Source of the DNA: Phoronis australis
Taxonomy: Eukaryota > Animalia > Phoronida
Assembly: GCA_002633005.1 (NCBI GenBank)
Contig: NMRA01000132.1
Span: forward strand, 124,001-188,000
Length of the DNA: 64,000 nt
Direction: 5' to 3'
This document shows, piece by piece, positions 12,600 through 23,638 of the stretch (position 1 is the first letter of the stretch; each line of letters starts with the position of its first letter). Below the pieces are notes generated by a model. The model was not told where the DNA came from, ran no database searches, and saw only the letters and a list, made by a program, of their open reading frames with translations. The translations under genes were made by a program, and so were the position numbers.

Positions 12600-14063
12600 G
12601 GCGTCCGGCGTCCGCTGCTCTATCTCCAAAACCCTTTGACATACGTTCATGAAATTTGGCACATATGTTCCATTCATGAATGGGACGGCATGTGCAAACT
12701 TTCGGACGGATCCGACTACCGGTGTGCCCCCTAGTGGCAATTTTAGTTTTTTACGCTTACCTTTCTATCTTCAAAAGTCCTGAACGGATTTTCATGAAAT
12801 TCAATATATAGGCACCTATTAGTAAGATGACGCCATCCTGCCGTTTTCAGATGGACTCGACATAGTTTGCGCCACCTAGTGGCCATTTTTAGTGTTTTTG
12901 AGTCTGTTTTTGTGCGTCCACCCCTCTATCAACCAAACCGCTCAAAGGATGATTGTGAAAATTGGCATGTATATGCTTACTATGTAGAGGACGGTTGACG
13001 ATGATTTTCCGACGATTTTGACTACTGTGGCGCCTCCTAGTGGCAGTTTTGTTTTTTTTGCGCCTATGGCTGTATCTCCTAAACCGTTCGCAGGATCTTT
13101 ACAAATTGTGTAAGTATATTTATATGATGTTAACAACGGAAGATGACGACTTTTGGTCGGATCCGACTACCGGTGTGCCCCCTAGTGGCAATTTTAGTTT
13201 TTTACGCTTACCTTTGTATCTTCAAAAGTATTGAACGGATTTTCATGAAATTTGGTATGTAGGCACCTATTAGTGAGATGACGCTATCCTACTGTTTTCA
13301 GATGGATTCGACGTAGTTTGCGCCACCTAGTGGCCATTTTTACTGTTTTCGAGTCTGTATTTTTGCGTCCACCCCTCTATCAACCAAACCGCTCAAAGGA
13401 TGATTGTGAAAATTGGCGTGTATGTGCTTACTATAAGGAAGACAGCTGACAATGATTTTCAGACGATTTGGACTACTGTGGCGCCTCCTAGTGGCAGTTT
13501 TGTTTTTTTGCGCCCATGGCTGTATCTCCCAAACCGTTCGCAGGATCTTTACTAAATTTAGCAAGTGTATTTATGTGATGTTGACAACGGACGATGACGA
13601 CTTTAGGATGATTCTGATTACCGGTATGCCTCTAGTGGCAATTTTAGTATTTGCCTCTAGTGGCAATTTTAGTATTTTACATTGACCTCTGTATTTTCAT
13701 AGGTCTTCAGGTGTATACTTTGTGTTACTTCGTGACTGTGAAGGAAAAGTTCCAAGTAGAAATTTGTTTCTGGCATTCTAATGCTGTGCTAATCTCGTAT
13801 GTTGGTAAATTTGTTTTTAATTCTATGTTTCTGTGGTGCTTTAAGCAACTGGTGTATAGGATGTGCTTGTATTATGAAGATTACTCACATTTTGCCCCTA
13901 GCCTATTGAGGAGACAATGACCATGCCTTTCCATTTTGCTAAGTACAACATACTACATATATGCCCTCTACTGGCCACTTTATGGTACCACTAAACAACC
14001 CTAGAGGGATACCGTATGCGGTGCAATTGTGGGCGCATTTCAACGCTCTGCGTTGCTCTTGTT
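12600..14063 (+). mobile_element. Helentron-associated (HINE/DINE-1-like) element with an internal 451-bp higher-order tandem array; 5' end in the gap
   Basis: The 3' end has subterminal GTGGGCGCAT, the hairpin CAACGC-TCT-GCGTTG and CTCTTGTTT. Internal ~150-bp subunits repeat with a 451-bp period. Confidence 0.7.
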
Positions 14064-15612
14064 TGTAAATATTGAAGGCTATTATGTAAACAGAAATGCT
14101 AAATTAGGGGACGGAACTTCTGATTGAGACAATGGGTGAAGGTCTATACACGTACCCCATTACAACTGGCTCTTCAGTTATCCAATGAAAAACATTGATA
14201 TCTGGGGACCTGTTTAGGTCTTAAAATAAAGTTTTAGTAAGTCTGCTTATGTATAAATAATGTTAATCCACTGAAAAATGGAATTTAAAAATTTTCCTTT
14301 TTACTTTGGCACCTAATGGCCTGTATGTTTCCCTTGCCAGGTGCTATGATAGTGTAACCCACATTATTCTGTAATGTATTCCCAAAGGTTAATGAGGTTG
14401 CCCACAGTTTGTATGATAAGTGTAGAAGTCGCCACGGGTGAGTGCTTGGGGGTTTATGAAGGTTGGGTGTCATGGCTCATTAAAATCTGTCAATCTTTGT
14501 AACATGAGGGCGGCTTCAATTAATACAAGTTGAAAATAATGGTGGTCTCACCAGTGTTTGTGGAAGTTGATTGGTGGTCTATGTGAAACATGGTCCAGAG
14601 ATGTCTGCACCATAAAAAATTTACAACCTTGTTATACGCGCTAAGTGTTCAGGAAGTCTATTAGTGCAACTGATATGCAATATTTTCAGTCCATGCTCTT
14701 AAATGACTGCGTGACAAAAAAGATAATGGTTGGGTGAAATGTACTTCAAAGGTGTTTGTGATCCTGCTAATCGTACCAAATACCAAGGTATCACTTGACG
14801 ATAGCCTTGTCACCTTGCATTGACCTATATAGACACAAAGTAGGTTAATTGCACTTGTCCCAGTAAACAGAAGTTGTGCCAAGATTTGAGCAGTTATTGT
14901 GACCTTTGTGTCTACAAAGAGTTTTAATTGGCGTTTGTTTATTAGTGTTGGGTTGTTTACAGAATGATATACCTGTCCTGTAAATAAAGCTGCTTTCACA
15001 TTAGAGTTAGTCCGGACTCGTTCACTGTCGGAACATATTTTAGATTAATGCGTGATAAACCCATCTTACTAAACTGTCACCTTTCTCACTTGATTGGACC
15101 AACATTCCACCATCCAAACTTTAAAGCTTCATCTTACTAAACATGAGATGTCGCTTCAAGGATCGGAATACGGATCTGACAACCAAGCGCCACTTCTATC
15201 CTGCTTTTGAGACATGTTTAAGTTCAAATTGTGCTGTGAACTGTGAGTAGACAGAAACAGCAACAACGTCGAGAGTGCGCGAAAACTCGCATGAAGTGGG
15301 GAGATAATGTAGGACGGACCAAACCTTTCATATTGCGCTTACATATTAACCAGACCATCTTTGGTCCTCTTGTTAGTCCATTTTTTATCGTACTAACTTT
15401 AATACTGTACTAAATTTAGATTGGTCTAAATCACCTTTTGCATTGGGTTCAAAATTCTTATGATCGAGAAAGAATGTTTAGTCCACCGTACTAAATGCGT
15501 AATGCGAAAGACGCTCTTTTCACGATGTGCGGACTTGTACTGTGAGTTTGGATTTGTCATGAGCAGAAAGTAGTCATGAACAAAAGGGACAAAAATTTCC
15601 AATAAGGCGCAG

Positions 15613-16092
15613 CTTATTCTGCGCCCACATGTACATATGTTAGTACATGATGCCGCCTTCTCTGTCTTGCGTGTGCTGCTTTTACTCTAAAACCTGTTGG
15701 GAGTATCTTAAGTTCACGAAAGTTGGCAGGTGTGTTCACGTGCAACTGGCAACGAATAACGGCAACTTTCGGTTTGATCTGTCAGCTGGTGGGTTCCCTA
15801 ATGGCAATTTTGGTGTTTTAGGTTTGACTCTATATCTTCAGAATTCCGTGATGGATTTTCGACGACACCTCCCTATTTTTGGACATATGTTATGCCAAGT
15901 AGTATTTACGCACCCACACATATATACATTATGCTGTCATCCCCATCTGTCTGGCGTCTGTTGCTATATCTCCAAGACCCCTTGATGGATGATCTTGAAA
16001 TTTTGCACATTTGCGACAACAAATTTTCGGACTAATCCGACAGCCAGTGTGCCCCCTAGTGACAGTTTTAATTTTTACATTTGCCTCTAGGA
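15613..16092 (+). mobile_element. Two degraded 5' fragments of the same HINE-like family
   Basis: TGCGCCCACAT start near 15620 and a second start near 15905. Shared GAAATTT(T/G)GCA and GTGCCCCCTAGTG motifs. Confidence 0.6.
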
Positions 16093-16176
16093 GTGATGCA
16101 TGCCTTGGTATTACATGACTGTGTCTCTATGGAGCATGTAATACCTGTACTGTAATGCATGTATTGGGTATTACAG

Positions 16177-16349
16177 GTGACCCTGTGGGACATGAAGACC
16201 TTCACAGTGATGAATGTACTGAAGGGACACCACCACAACATTGTGAGCGTAGATTTCTCACCAGATGGTGCACTACTCGTCACCGCCAGCTACGACACCC
16301 GAGCCATCGTTTGGGATCCGTACACTGGCGACATGTTGAATGTATTCTG
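16177..16349 (+). CDS. WSB1: WSB1-like WD40 exon (VTLWDMKTFTVMNVLKGHHHNIVSVDFSPDGALLVTASYDTRAIVWDPYTGD)
   Basis: Acceptor ttacag and donor gtaagt. Canonical GH...WD repeat very close to WSB1 GHHHDVVACDFSPDGALLATASYDTR. Confidence 0.95.
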
Positions 16350-16959
16350 GTAAGTTCTGAGTGTAAAATATCCAGTGCCACTGAATACTTTTTGTCAGTG
16401 CCATTCTGTGTATGTTCTTATTTTTCCTCTTTCTTGTGTGATCAACTGAAAATTGATTATTGTTGATAATTAAGTTGATATTTTGTATTATGTTCATGAG
16501 TCATTCTGCATTACACAAGTTTTTTGACACTTGAAATTACTGAAACCATGGAGACACTAAAGATCTGTACTGGCAATTTTTATGTATTTCTTGTGAATAA
16601 TTGCCATAACTCGTGGACTTTGTCGTATCCCTCTAGGTGTTACCACCAGACAGTTTTTCAAAAAACTGAATAATTTACTTGCAATATCTAATTAGTCTGT
16701 TTCCAACAACTTCACTATCGACAAGTGGGATCGCAAAAGTTACTGTTTTGGTCTATAAAGAATGTTTAGCCACTAGAATGTTTCTTGATGTGTGGCAGAT
16801 TTACCTGGCAAAATATTTGCAACGTTTAGCATGTGATTTGCTTCATCTAGACAGTGTATATGCGTAGTACATCCCTGCTGTCACAGACTGTAAGAGACCG
16901 TGTCGTTCTGTACCCTGGTCTGGGTCTGTTGCTCTAAACTGTGCTATTTCCTTTTTCAG

Positions 16960-17073
16960 TCACCTGTATCCGCCTCCGCGGCCAATATTTGCAGGAGGTG
17001 CCAACGACACGTATGTTAGAAGCGTGTCATTCTCACATGACGGGGTACACTTAGCGACTGTGGCTGATGACAG
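16960..17073 (+). CDS. WSB1: WSB1-like exon (HLYPPPRPIFAGGANDTYVRSVSFSHDGVHLATVADD)
   Basis: Acceptor tttttcag and donor gtaaat. Carries the WSB-diagnostic PPPxPIFAGGAND motif and is phase-compatible with both neighbours. Not in the ORF track. Confidence 0.95.
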
Positions 17074-18227
17074 GTAAATACTTGATTATTACACCTCACT
17101 TAACTTTCAGTAGAAGGCAAAAAGTTAACGTAATCAGACAAAATATTGCTTTCCCGTCATGACGGCTAATTCTGTTAACTGCAAAAAGTTCTGGTAATAA
17201 CGGGCAGCAAAATGCTAATTATAGAGTGGCTGAGCCACTGTACTATTGTTTAAACCCAGATATAATGCTTAACGACTTGTAGGTTTGTCATTAATTTCCT
17301 AGTATGTTCTGTGTATTTTTCAATAAATACGTATGACCTTGACCTTACTAACTTTCCTCATAATTCCCCTTCGTTCTTGATCATGAGGGAAGACTTCTCT
17401 GACGATGAATTCAATTTCTGCCCAGTCATCATTATCTGGAATTCTAGGTCATATTATCTGAATGCATTTGGCTTGTACTGTATATCAAACACTGCCTTTG
17501 TACTGTCAACGTAACTATTACAATCGCTGTCGAAAGTGTCTCATTTCACTTTTTACGTTACCTGTGACCATCTCTTTACCATTGTCTGATGTGTAACTTC
17601 ATCACTATCCTCACATCTTTAGTAACTGTTGCTATGGTTTCAATTTGCCAAAACTAAAAAGCATATTAAGAGAACTGATCTTCGTGAAGTGTGCTGCAGA
17701 CTTGGATCAATGACTAAAGGTCTTGATTTAACTTGATTGGCCGCAGTAACTTCTGTACGTGCGTCACTTAATAAAAATGAATGCTCGTAATGCGATGGTG
17801 GTACATTGTCAGACGATGTCGTTTAAACGTTTCAAAATGGAACAACTGATCATGTGCCATGGCACAACTGGTCTTGTGCAATTTTTGTTTTTGATCGCAA
17901 GTCAGTGTTAACTAGTACTCCAAATAATATGTTAAGAATAAGTCAGTTCATGGATTTACTGCCATTGCTTCTTGTTCGTTTCTTTCTTTTCGTCTTTTGT
18001 TTACATTCTCCTATACATCACAGTTCGGCACAGCACTACAATGTTGACTGTTAATGATTTTTGAAGTGTTGTCTTCAAAACTTTGCACCATTCAAGAAAT
18101 GTTCATGACTGGTGCCCTCTGTTGCCTCCAAGTCTGGACACCGATTAGGACTGCTCTTTTGTTGACAGTAGAACAGGATCGCCATGTTTTTCCTTAATGA
18201 GTTCGTTGGTGGACTACCTCTTAGGAC

Positions 18228-18575
18228 TTTACATTTGATCGGGGCTCTGTGTGTTAATATGTTGTTGATTTGACTACCTTTTAGGTACATCCGATTGGGG
18301 GTCTGTGTGTTAATATGTTGTTGGTTTGACTACCTTTTAGGTACATCCGATTGGGGGTCTGTGTGTTAATATGTTGTTGATTTGACTACCTTTCAGGTAC
18401 ATCTGATTGGGGCTCTGTGTGTTAATATGTTGTTGGTTTGACTACCTTTTAGGTACATCTGATTGGGGCTCTGTGTGTTAATATGTTGTTGGTTTGACTA
18501 CCTTTCAGGTACATCTGATTGGGGCTCTGTGTGTTAATATGTTGTTGGTTTGACTACCTTTTAGGTACATTCGAT
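18228..18575 (+). repeat. 56-bp minisatellite made of the WSB1 3' splice site (6 copies)
   Basis: AG ends at 18284, 18340, 18396, 18452, 18508 and 18564, an exact 56-bp period. Confidence 0.97.
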
Positions 18576-18675
18576 TCTGGAATGTATTCAATGAAGAGAA
18601 TCCAGAACAGATTGCACGAGTTCTGCACGCGTTGTGCTGCGAATACTCACCAGATGGCAGTGTTCTCGCAGTTGG
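18565..18675 (+). CDS. WSB1: WSB1-like exon (YIRFWNVFNEENPEQIARVLHALCCEYSPDGSVLAVG)
   Basis: Uses the last AG of the acceptor array (18563-18564) and the donor gtaagc. Matches WSB1 VRFW...LCCAFSTDGSVLAAG. Confidence 0.93.
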
Positions 18676-19484
18676 GTAAGCCCTATGATTTTTCTATTCC
18701 TCCAATTATACTTGTCCTGTAAAAAGACAAAAGCAAGATATTTAGATTGATGAGTACAAAAGTTTGATGATGAAATAATTGCTTTTTTCCAGATTATCAT
18801 CCAGACCCACAGGGTATTGTAAAAAAAGATTTTCTTATAGATTGGCAAAAAGTTTCACAGTCCACTGACATAGTATGTGGAGAATCTATGAACTCATTTG
18901 CATATCCATTAGAAACTGGTCAGTTAAAATCCAAGTTTCGATTTGTTGAGTATCAGGTCACAAAATGCGAGCTTGACCTCATATTGTCAGTGGTAATTTC
19001 AGCTGCAACTTCACTTGCCAAACAAGACTTCAGATTTTAGTTACACAGGCTTAAGTTGCAATATTTTCCTTGATTTGTATGTTTTTTGGCATACTAGTTG
19101 ACAATTTTGAACTTTTCCTCACATTTATGCACTTTGTTGTGCCACAGTATGTTTTGTAGCTAATTTAATGAAGTTATGACGTTCAACTGAAAGAAATTCC
19201 TGCTTAATTTGTCCCACCCTTGCACATTTTGAAATATTAAAAAAACATTTGTCATGAACCCCAGGTCATGTCACCATAAAAAGAATGCACAGATGCTCTA
19301 AATAGCATGAGTATTATTTGGTTTGATTCTAATGGATAGGCTGTCACTATTTATTTTGGAGACGTAGATCATCGCTCATTATCTGTCGGCAAACAAAGGA
19401 CTCAAACAATGGGAGTCTGTCTTCAAATCCTCCTTCATTTAGTCGAAATCTTAGCCATCAACTGGCACCTTCCATCTGTTTCAG

Positions 19485-19653
19485 CACCAGAGACGGTAGT
19501 GTGTCATTCTGGAAGGCACCAATGAAAGTGCAGAGCCTTCAACATCTGTGCAGGATGGCCATAAGGCGTGTGATTCCATCCACAAAGGTGGATCACTTAT
19601 TCTTACCTTTACGTGTGAAAGAGTACCTAAAGTACCGAGACAATGAAGTGTGA
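19485..19653 (+). CDS. WSB1: WSB1-like terminal exon with SOCS box (TRDGSVSFWKAPMKVQSLQHLCRMAIRR...LPLRVKEYLKY..*)
   Basis: Acceptor ctgtttcag. BC-box SLQHLCR and the Cul5-box-like LPxxxxxYL segment. Stop TGA at 19651-19653. Confidence 0.95.
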
Positions 19654-19812
19654 ATGGTGACTCATCCAGCTGTGGTGGAGCTCTGTTGCAGCATATTGGT
19701 AGATGGCGTCAGTATATAGTCATATCATGTTGAGAGATTTTAGTGTTCGTGCAGAGTCAACGGTATCAACTTGTTTGCATTTTACTTTTCTGCAACTGAA
19801 CTAGAACTTGTA

Positions 19813-20623
19813 TTTTTATGCGCCCACATATTTATGTGTGGTCGCATATTGCCGTCATCTCTGTCTGGGCTTCCGGCGTCTGCGGGTGTATCTCCTAAAC
19901 CCCCTGCAGGATCTTTTTGAAATTTAGCAAGTATGTTCGTATGGGATTGACGACAGAGGGCGACGAGTTTTGGACTGACCCGAATACCACTGTGCCCCCT
20001 AGTGGCAATTTTAGTTTTTTACGTTTGCCTCTGTATCTTCAAAGGTCCTCAACTGATTTTCGTGAAATTTGGCACATAGGCATCTGTGAATGAGTTGACG
20101 CTATCTTCTCGTTTTCGGATGGATTCGATGCATTTTGTGCCATCTAGTGGCTATTTTTACTGTTTTCGAGTCATTTTTTGGCGTCCGCCCCGCTAACTAC
20201 CAAACCACCTTAAGGATGAATTTGGAACATAGATATATGTTGGTGATATGACGCTATCCTCTTGTTTTTGAATGTTTTCGTAGTTTGCGCCACCTAGTGG
20301 CCATTTTTTGTTGTTTTCAAATCTGTTTTTTGGCGTCGTCCCTCTGTAACCAAACCACTCTAAGGATGATTGTGAAAGTTGGCATGTATGTTCTTTCTAT
20401 GAAGGGGACGGTTGACAATGATTTTCCGATGACGTAGAGTACTGTGGTGCCTCCTAGTGGTGGTTTTGTTTTTTTTTTACACCCATACCTTCTGGTTTTC
20501 AGACAGATTCGATGTATTTTGCGCCATCTAGTGTCCATTTTGATGACACAAACAAACAACCCTAAAAACACTCCATTTGCGATGCATTCGTGGGTGCACT
20601 TCAACGCTCTGCGTTGCTCTTGT
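19813..20623 (+). mobile_element. Complete HINE-like element downstream of the WSB1 stop
   Basis: 5' TTTTTATGCGCCCAC...GTGGTCGCAT hairpin followed by GTCTG/CCGGCGTC short repeats. 3' GTGGGTGCAC, CAACGC-TCT-GCGTTG hairpin and CTCTTGT. T-rich flanks. Confidence 0.75.
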
Positions 20624-21236
20624 ATTTCTTATCAATTCACTACGTAAAATATGTTTTAAGTTTTAGATTGATGACTTAGTCCTTCTAGCGTAGTCGTGAG
20701 ACGACAAACTGATCAGTTTTGAGGCTACTGTCTGTGTGTGTGTTTTTTTTCGCACTTTAAAAACAGTCTCGTGCAGTGTATGCTCATGGACAGGTGTGTC
20801 ATTTCTCCGTCTCCAAGGGTTCAGAGAACTGCATGGGTATCCTGGGTTATGTATTAAATTGCACTCGTCACTAAAGGCAGCTAAACTTTGTACCTATTTG
20901 TGCAATTTGTAAATACTGTGTAAACTATTTTCTTGTTCGTATTAAGAGTATTCTATGTTTGTAAGGTGTTACTAAGGTAAATACTGGTGGATTGAGGACA
21001 CATGGTGGGTGCTAGGTAAGCTGAGGTATGGCTTCAGAATTAGTGGTAGTAATAGTACCTTGTTGAAATCACTGTGGCTTTAATCAGTTCTTGATGGAAC
21101 GAGGAACAGTTGAAAAAACGTTGTACAGGGCTGACTTGTTTGCTAATGACGTATATTTTGAGCTTTTCTGTCTTACGAGTGACAAATCGGTTTTTCAACG
21201 AGTTATGTTCTGTATGAAAGAAGAATACCTGTCATA

Positions 21237-21378
21237 GTCTTGTGAATGTGTCACTGAGCATAGTAATGACTAGACTAGACTTCTAGACAACTGTCTGTTT
21301 TGTCTTGTGAATGAACTGCTCACGGTGTCACTGAACATAGTAATGACTAGACTTCTAAACAACTATCTGTTTTGTCTT
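21237..21378. repeat. About 65-70-bp tandem duplication
   Basis: TCACTGA.CATAGTAATGACTAGAC...ACAACT.TCTGTTTTGTCTT occurs twice. Confidence 0.8.
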
Positions 21379-22019
21379 CCTTTCTGTCACTTCTTCTTTT
21401 GGTCATGTTGTTATGAAAACAAGGCTTTGTTTTGCCAAATGTGCTTAGCTCTGGAATCGAGCATGAACTCTTTCTGTAGAACAAGGGTTGTTTTTTGAGA
21501 AACAGCTGCGTGACAATTCTAGGTGTGTTCATGCAAGGAATCTTTTGCGTTGTGTTTGCGAGTTAATGTACCCTGTCAACTACAGACTTGTTCATTCTAT
21601 GCCATTGTATAGAAATTCCTAAAATCACTACCATAAGTGTTTATCTGACTGCGCTGCTTTATATTTCAGCAGGTCTGTCTTGTATTCTATGTACAGTAGT
21701 CTTTTTGACTTTGAACACACTATGATGGAACACTAAATTTTTATTTCATTTATCAAACTTTTCAACAAGAGTAAACAGGAAGACAATTTTACTTGATGAT
21801 TTCAAAACTTTATAATAGTATGACTGTCCTGGAAATACACATTGAAATTTTGTACGTCTTTTGGCAATACAGTGAGTATTGAAAAACGAAAGAATGAAAA
21901 TTTCTTCCGTTATTTTTGTTCGAATTTAAGGAAGTGTCTTTAAATCTGCCAGTCTAATGTATTATTATACCTACACATGCAAGTGCATTTTAAAACGTGT
22001 ATCTTGGTAAAATGAAAAG

Positions 22020-22025
22020 AATAAA
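22020..22025 (+). terminator. Candidate WSB1 polyadenylation signal AATAAA
   Basis: First AATAAA I found downstream of the stop, after an AU-rich UTR-like stretch. An ATTAAA near 20853 is an alternative. Confidence 0.4.
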
Positions 22026-23481
22026 ACATGTATTATTACCAATCCTTGATGTTTCTGTAATATGGACACCAGTTGGACACTAGAAATCAGTCCATATTCC
22101 ATCCAAGGAGCTATTTAGGCCATTCATGCTATAGACTTGGCCTGGAGTGACTTTTTCTGAAGTGATTTCTGAGTTTGTAAACTGGCCGTGACATGACACA
22201 TGTAGAGCCCGATCTCTGGCACGAAATGGTATTTCCCTAGTGTGGTTTTTGTATACCCTTGACAACCTGTCACACGCATATGAGTTCCATTCAGCTTTCC
22301 TACTCTCCGCCTCGGTCAAAATTCCGTGCAGTGTGAAAGTAACGAATGGAGCATCTAGGTAATTCAATGGATAATTGGTCCCTAAGGTAGCATTCGATTA
22401 CAACTAGGTAGCTCAATACAGGGGAACATTTTCAACTACTGCAACGGGTTTACTAATGCCCTAAAAATGACAGGCTTGCTCACACAAAACGAGGTCCCAC
22501 GCTTTGCATTCACAAGATTCCACGCAACCTCGTCATCATGCTTCAAAAAGTTATCTTATCATTTGTACTTAAAATGTCATCAAACTGGCTTTCAGGACTC
22601 GTATTTCTCCTTGTATCATACGAGAAAATCGAGTGCACTGAGTCAGTTGAAATTTTACAACCGTAACTGAATGTGAAATCCTTCAACAAGTGCCTTACCA
22701 GGTGCAGATTAGTTTGCAGTGGATGGAGGGGACCAGGCCCTCTACTGGGTAAGACCATTTGGGGTGACTGTGCAAAGGCGCTTTTTGAGGCAACCAAAAC
22801 ACTTTTTGAGGCGCCATTTAGCGATCTTGGGGTGTGTAAAAAATCCGTTGGTGTAGAAAAAAATATCAACGCCGTATGGATGCATTTTTTGCGGGTGTTC
22901 TAATTTGGTAGCTAATCGACTGCTGAGGTTGTTTTTCGTTTTTTTTTTATTTGAAATAGGCATATAAGCTCTTTAATATTCCCGTGCTCTTTAATTTCTA
23001 TGACATCACGACTCGCGGGCCAAACACGGTCCAAACAGTTACTAAAACCCTTCATTAACGGGACGGTACACATTTTCCAACTCATCTATTTTGGCTGCTT
23101 CTTTTTGTCCCGTAAAAATGACCATAACTTAACTTTTTAAGAGGAATTTATTATCAGAAAAGCTTCACGGTATATCAGTTTATTTTAGCCAGTGCTTTTA
23201 TTGCCGTGAACCTATCGGTAATGTTGCAGTTGATCTACTCTATACAATAGGACCAACAGATCCAATTCCGTCGTAAACAAGCCCCTTAATATTGACGGCA
23301 GTGGGAATTGTACAAATTCTATGGACGAAATACAAGGTGTCATAACGGGACGAGTTTCTTAAGTCATTCTCCTGGTCGTCATTTTAATTTTGTTGATAAA
23401 TGTTTCATTTTCTAGAAGTTCTAACTGTAAAACAACCACCTGCTGTAACATTAAACAGCCGGTCATCAACCTTGACAAAAT

Positions 23482-23638
23482 CATGGGCGCCGCAGCATTG
23501 AAAATAGTGGGGCTATAGCCGCCCCCCGCCCCCCCCCCAGTGGTGCACCGGCGGCCCAGTGGTCATGCATGGGCAGCGCAGCACTGAAAAAAGTGGAGGC
23601 TACAACCTCCCAGCCCGCCCTATGGTGCGCCGCCAATG
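23482..23638. mobile_element. Small dimeric MITE with 5-bp TSD (AAAAT)
   Basis: Imperfect TIR CATGGGCGCCGCAGCA / TGGTGCGCCGCCAATG, two internal units, AAAAT on both flanks. Confidence 0.7.

Noticed and set aside
18228-18575. Regularly spaced repeats resembling a CRISPR array (also 58581-58872 and 12600-13660)
   Set aside because: The units are contiguous with no unique spacers, there are no cas genes, and the context is a spliced eukaryotic locus.
19480-19497. RE1/REST-like TTCAGCACCAGAGACGG
   Set aside because: It is fully explained by the splice acceptor plus codons, and the right half-site mismatches the consensus.
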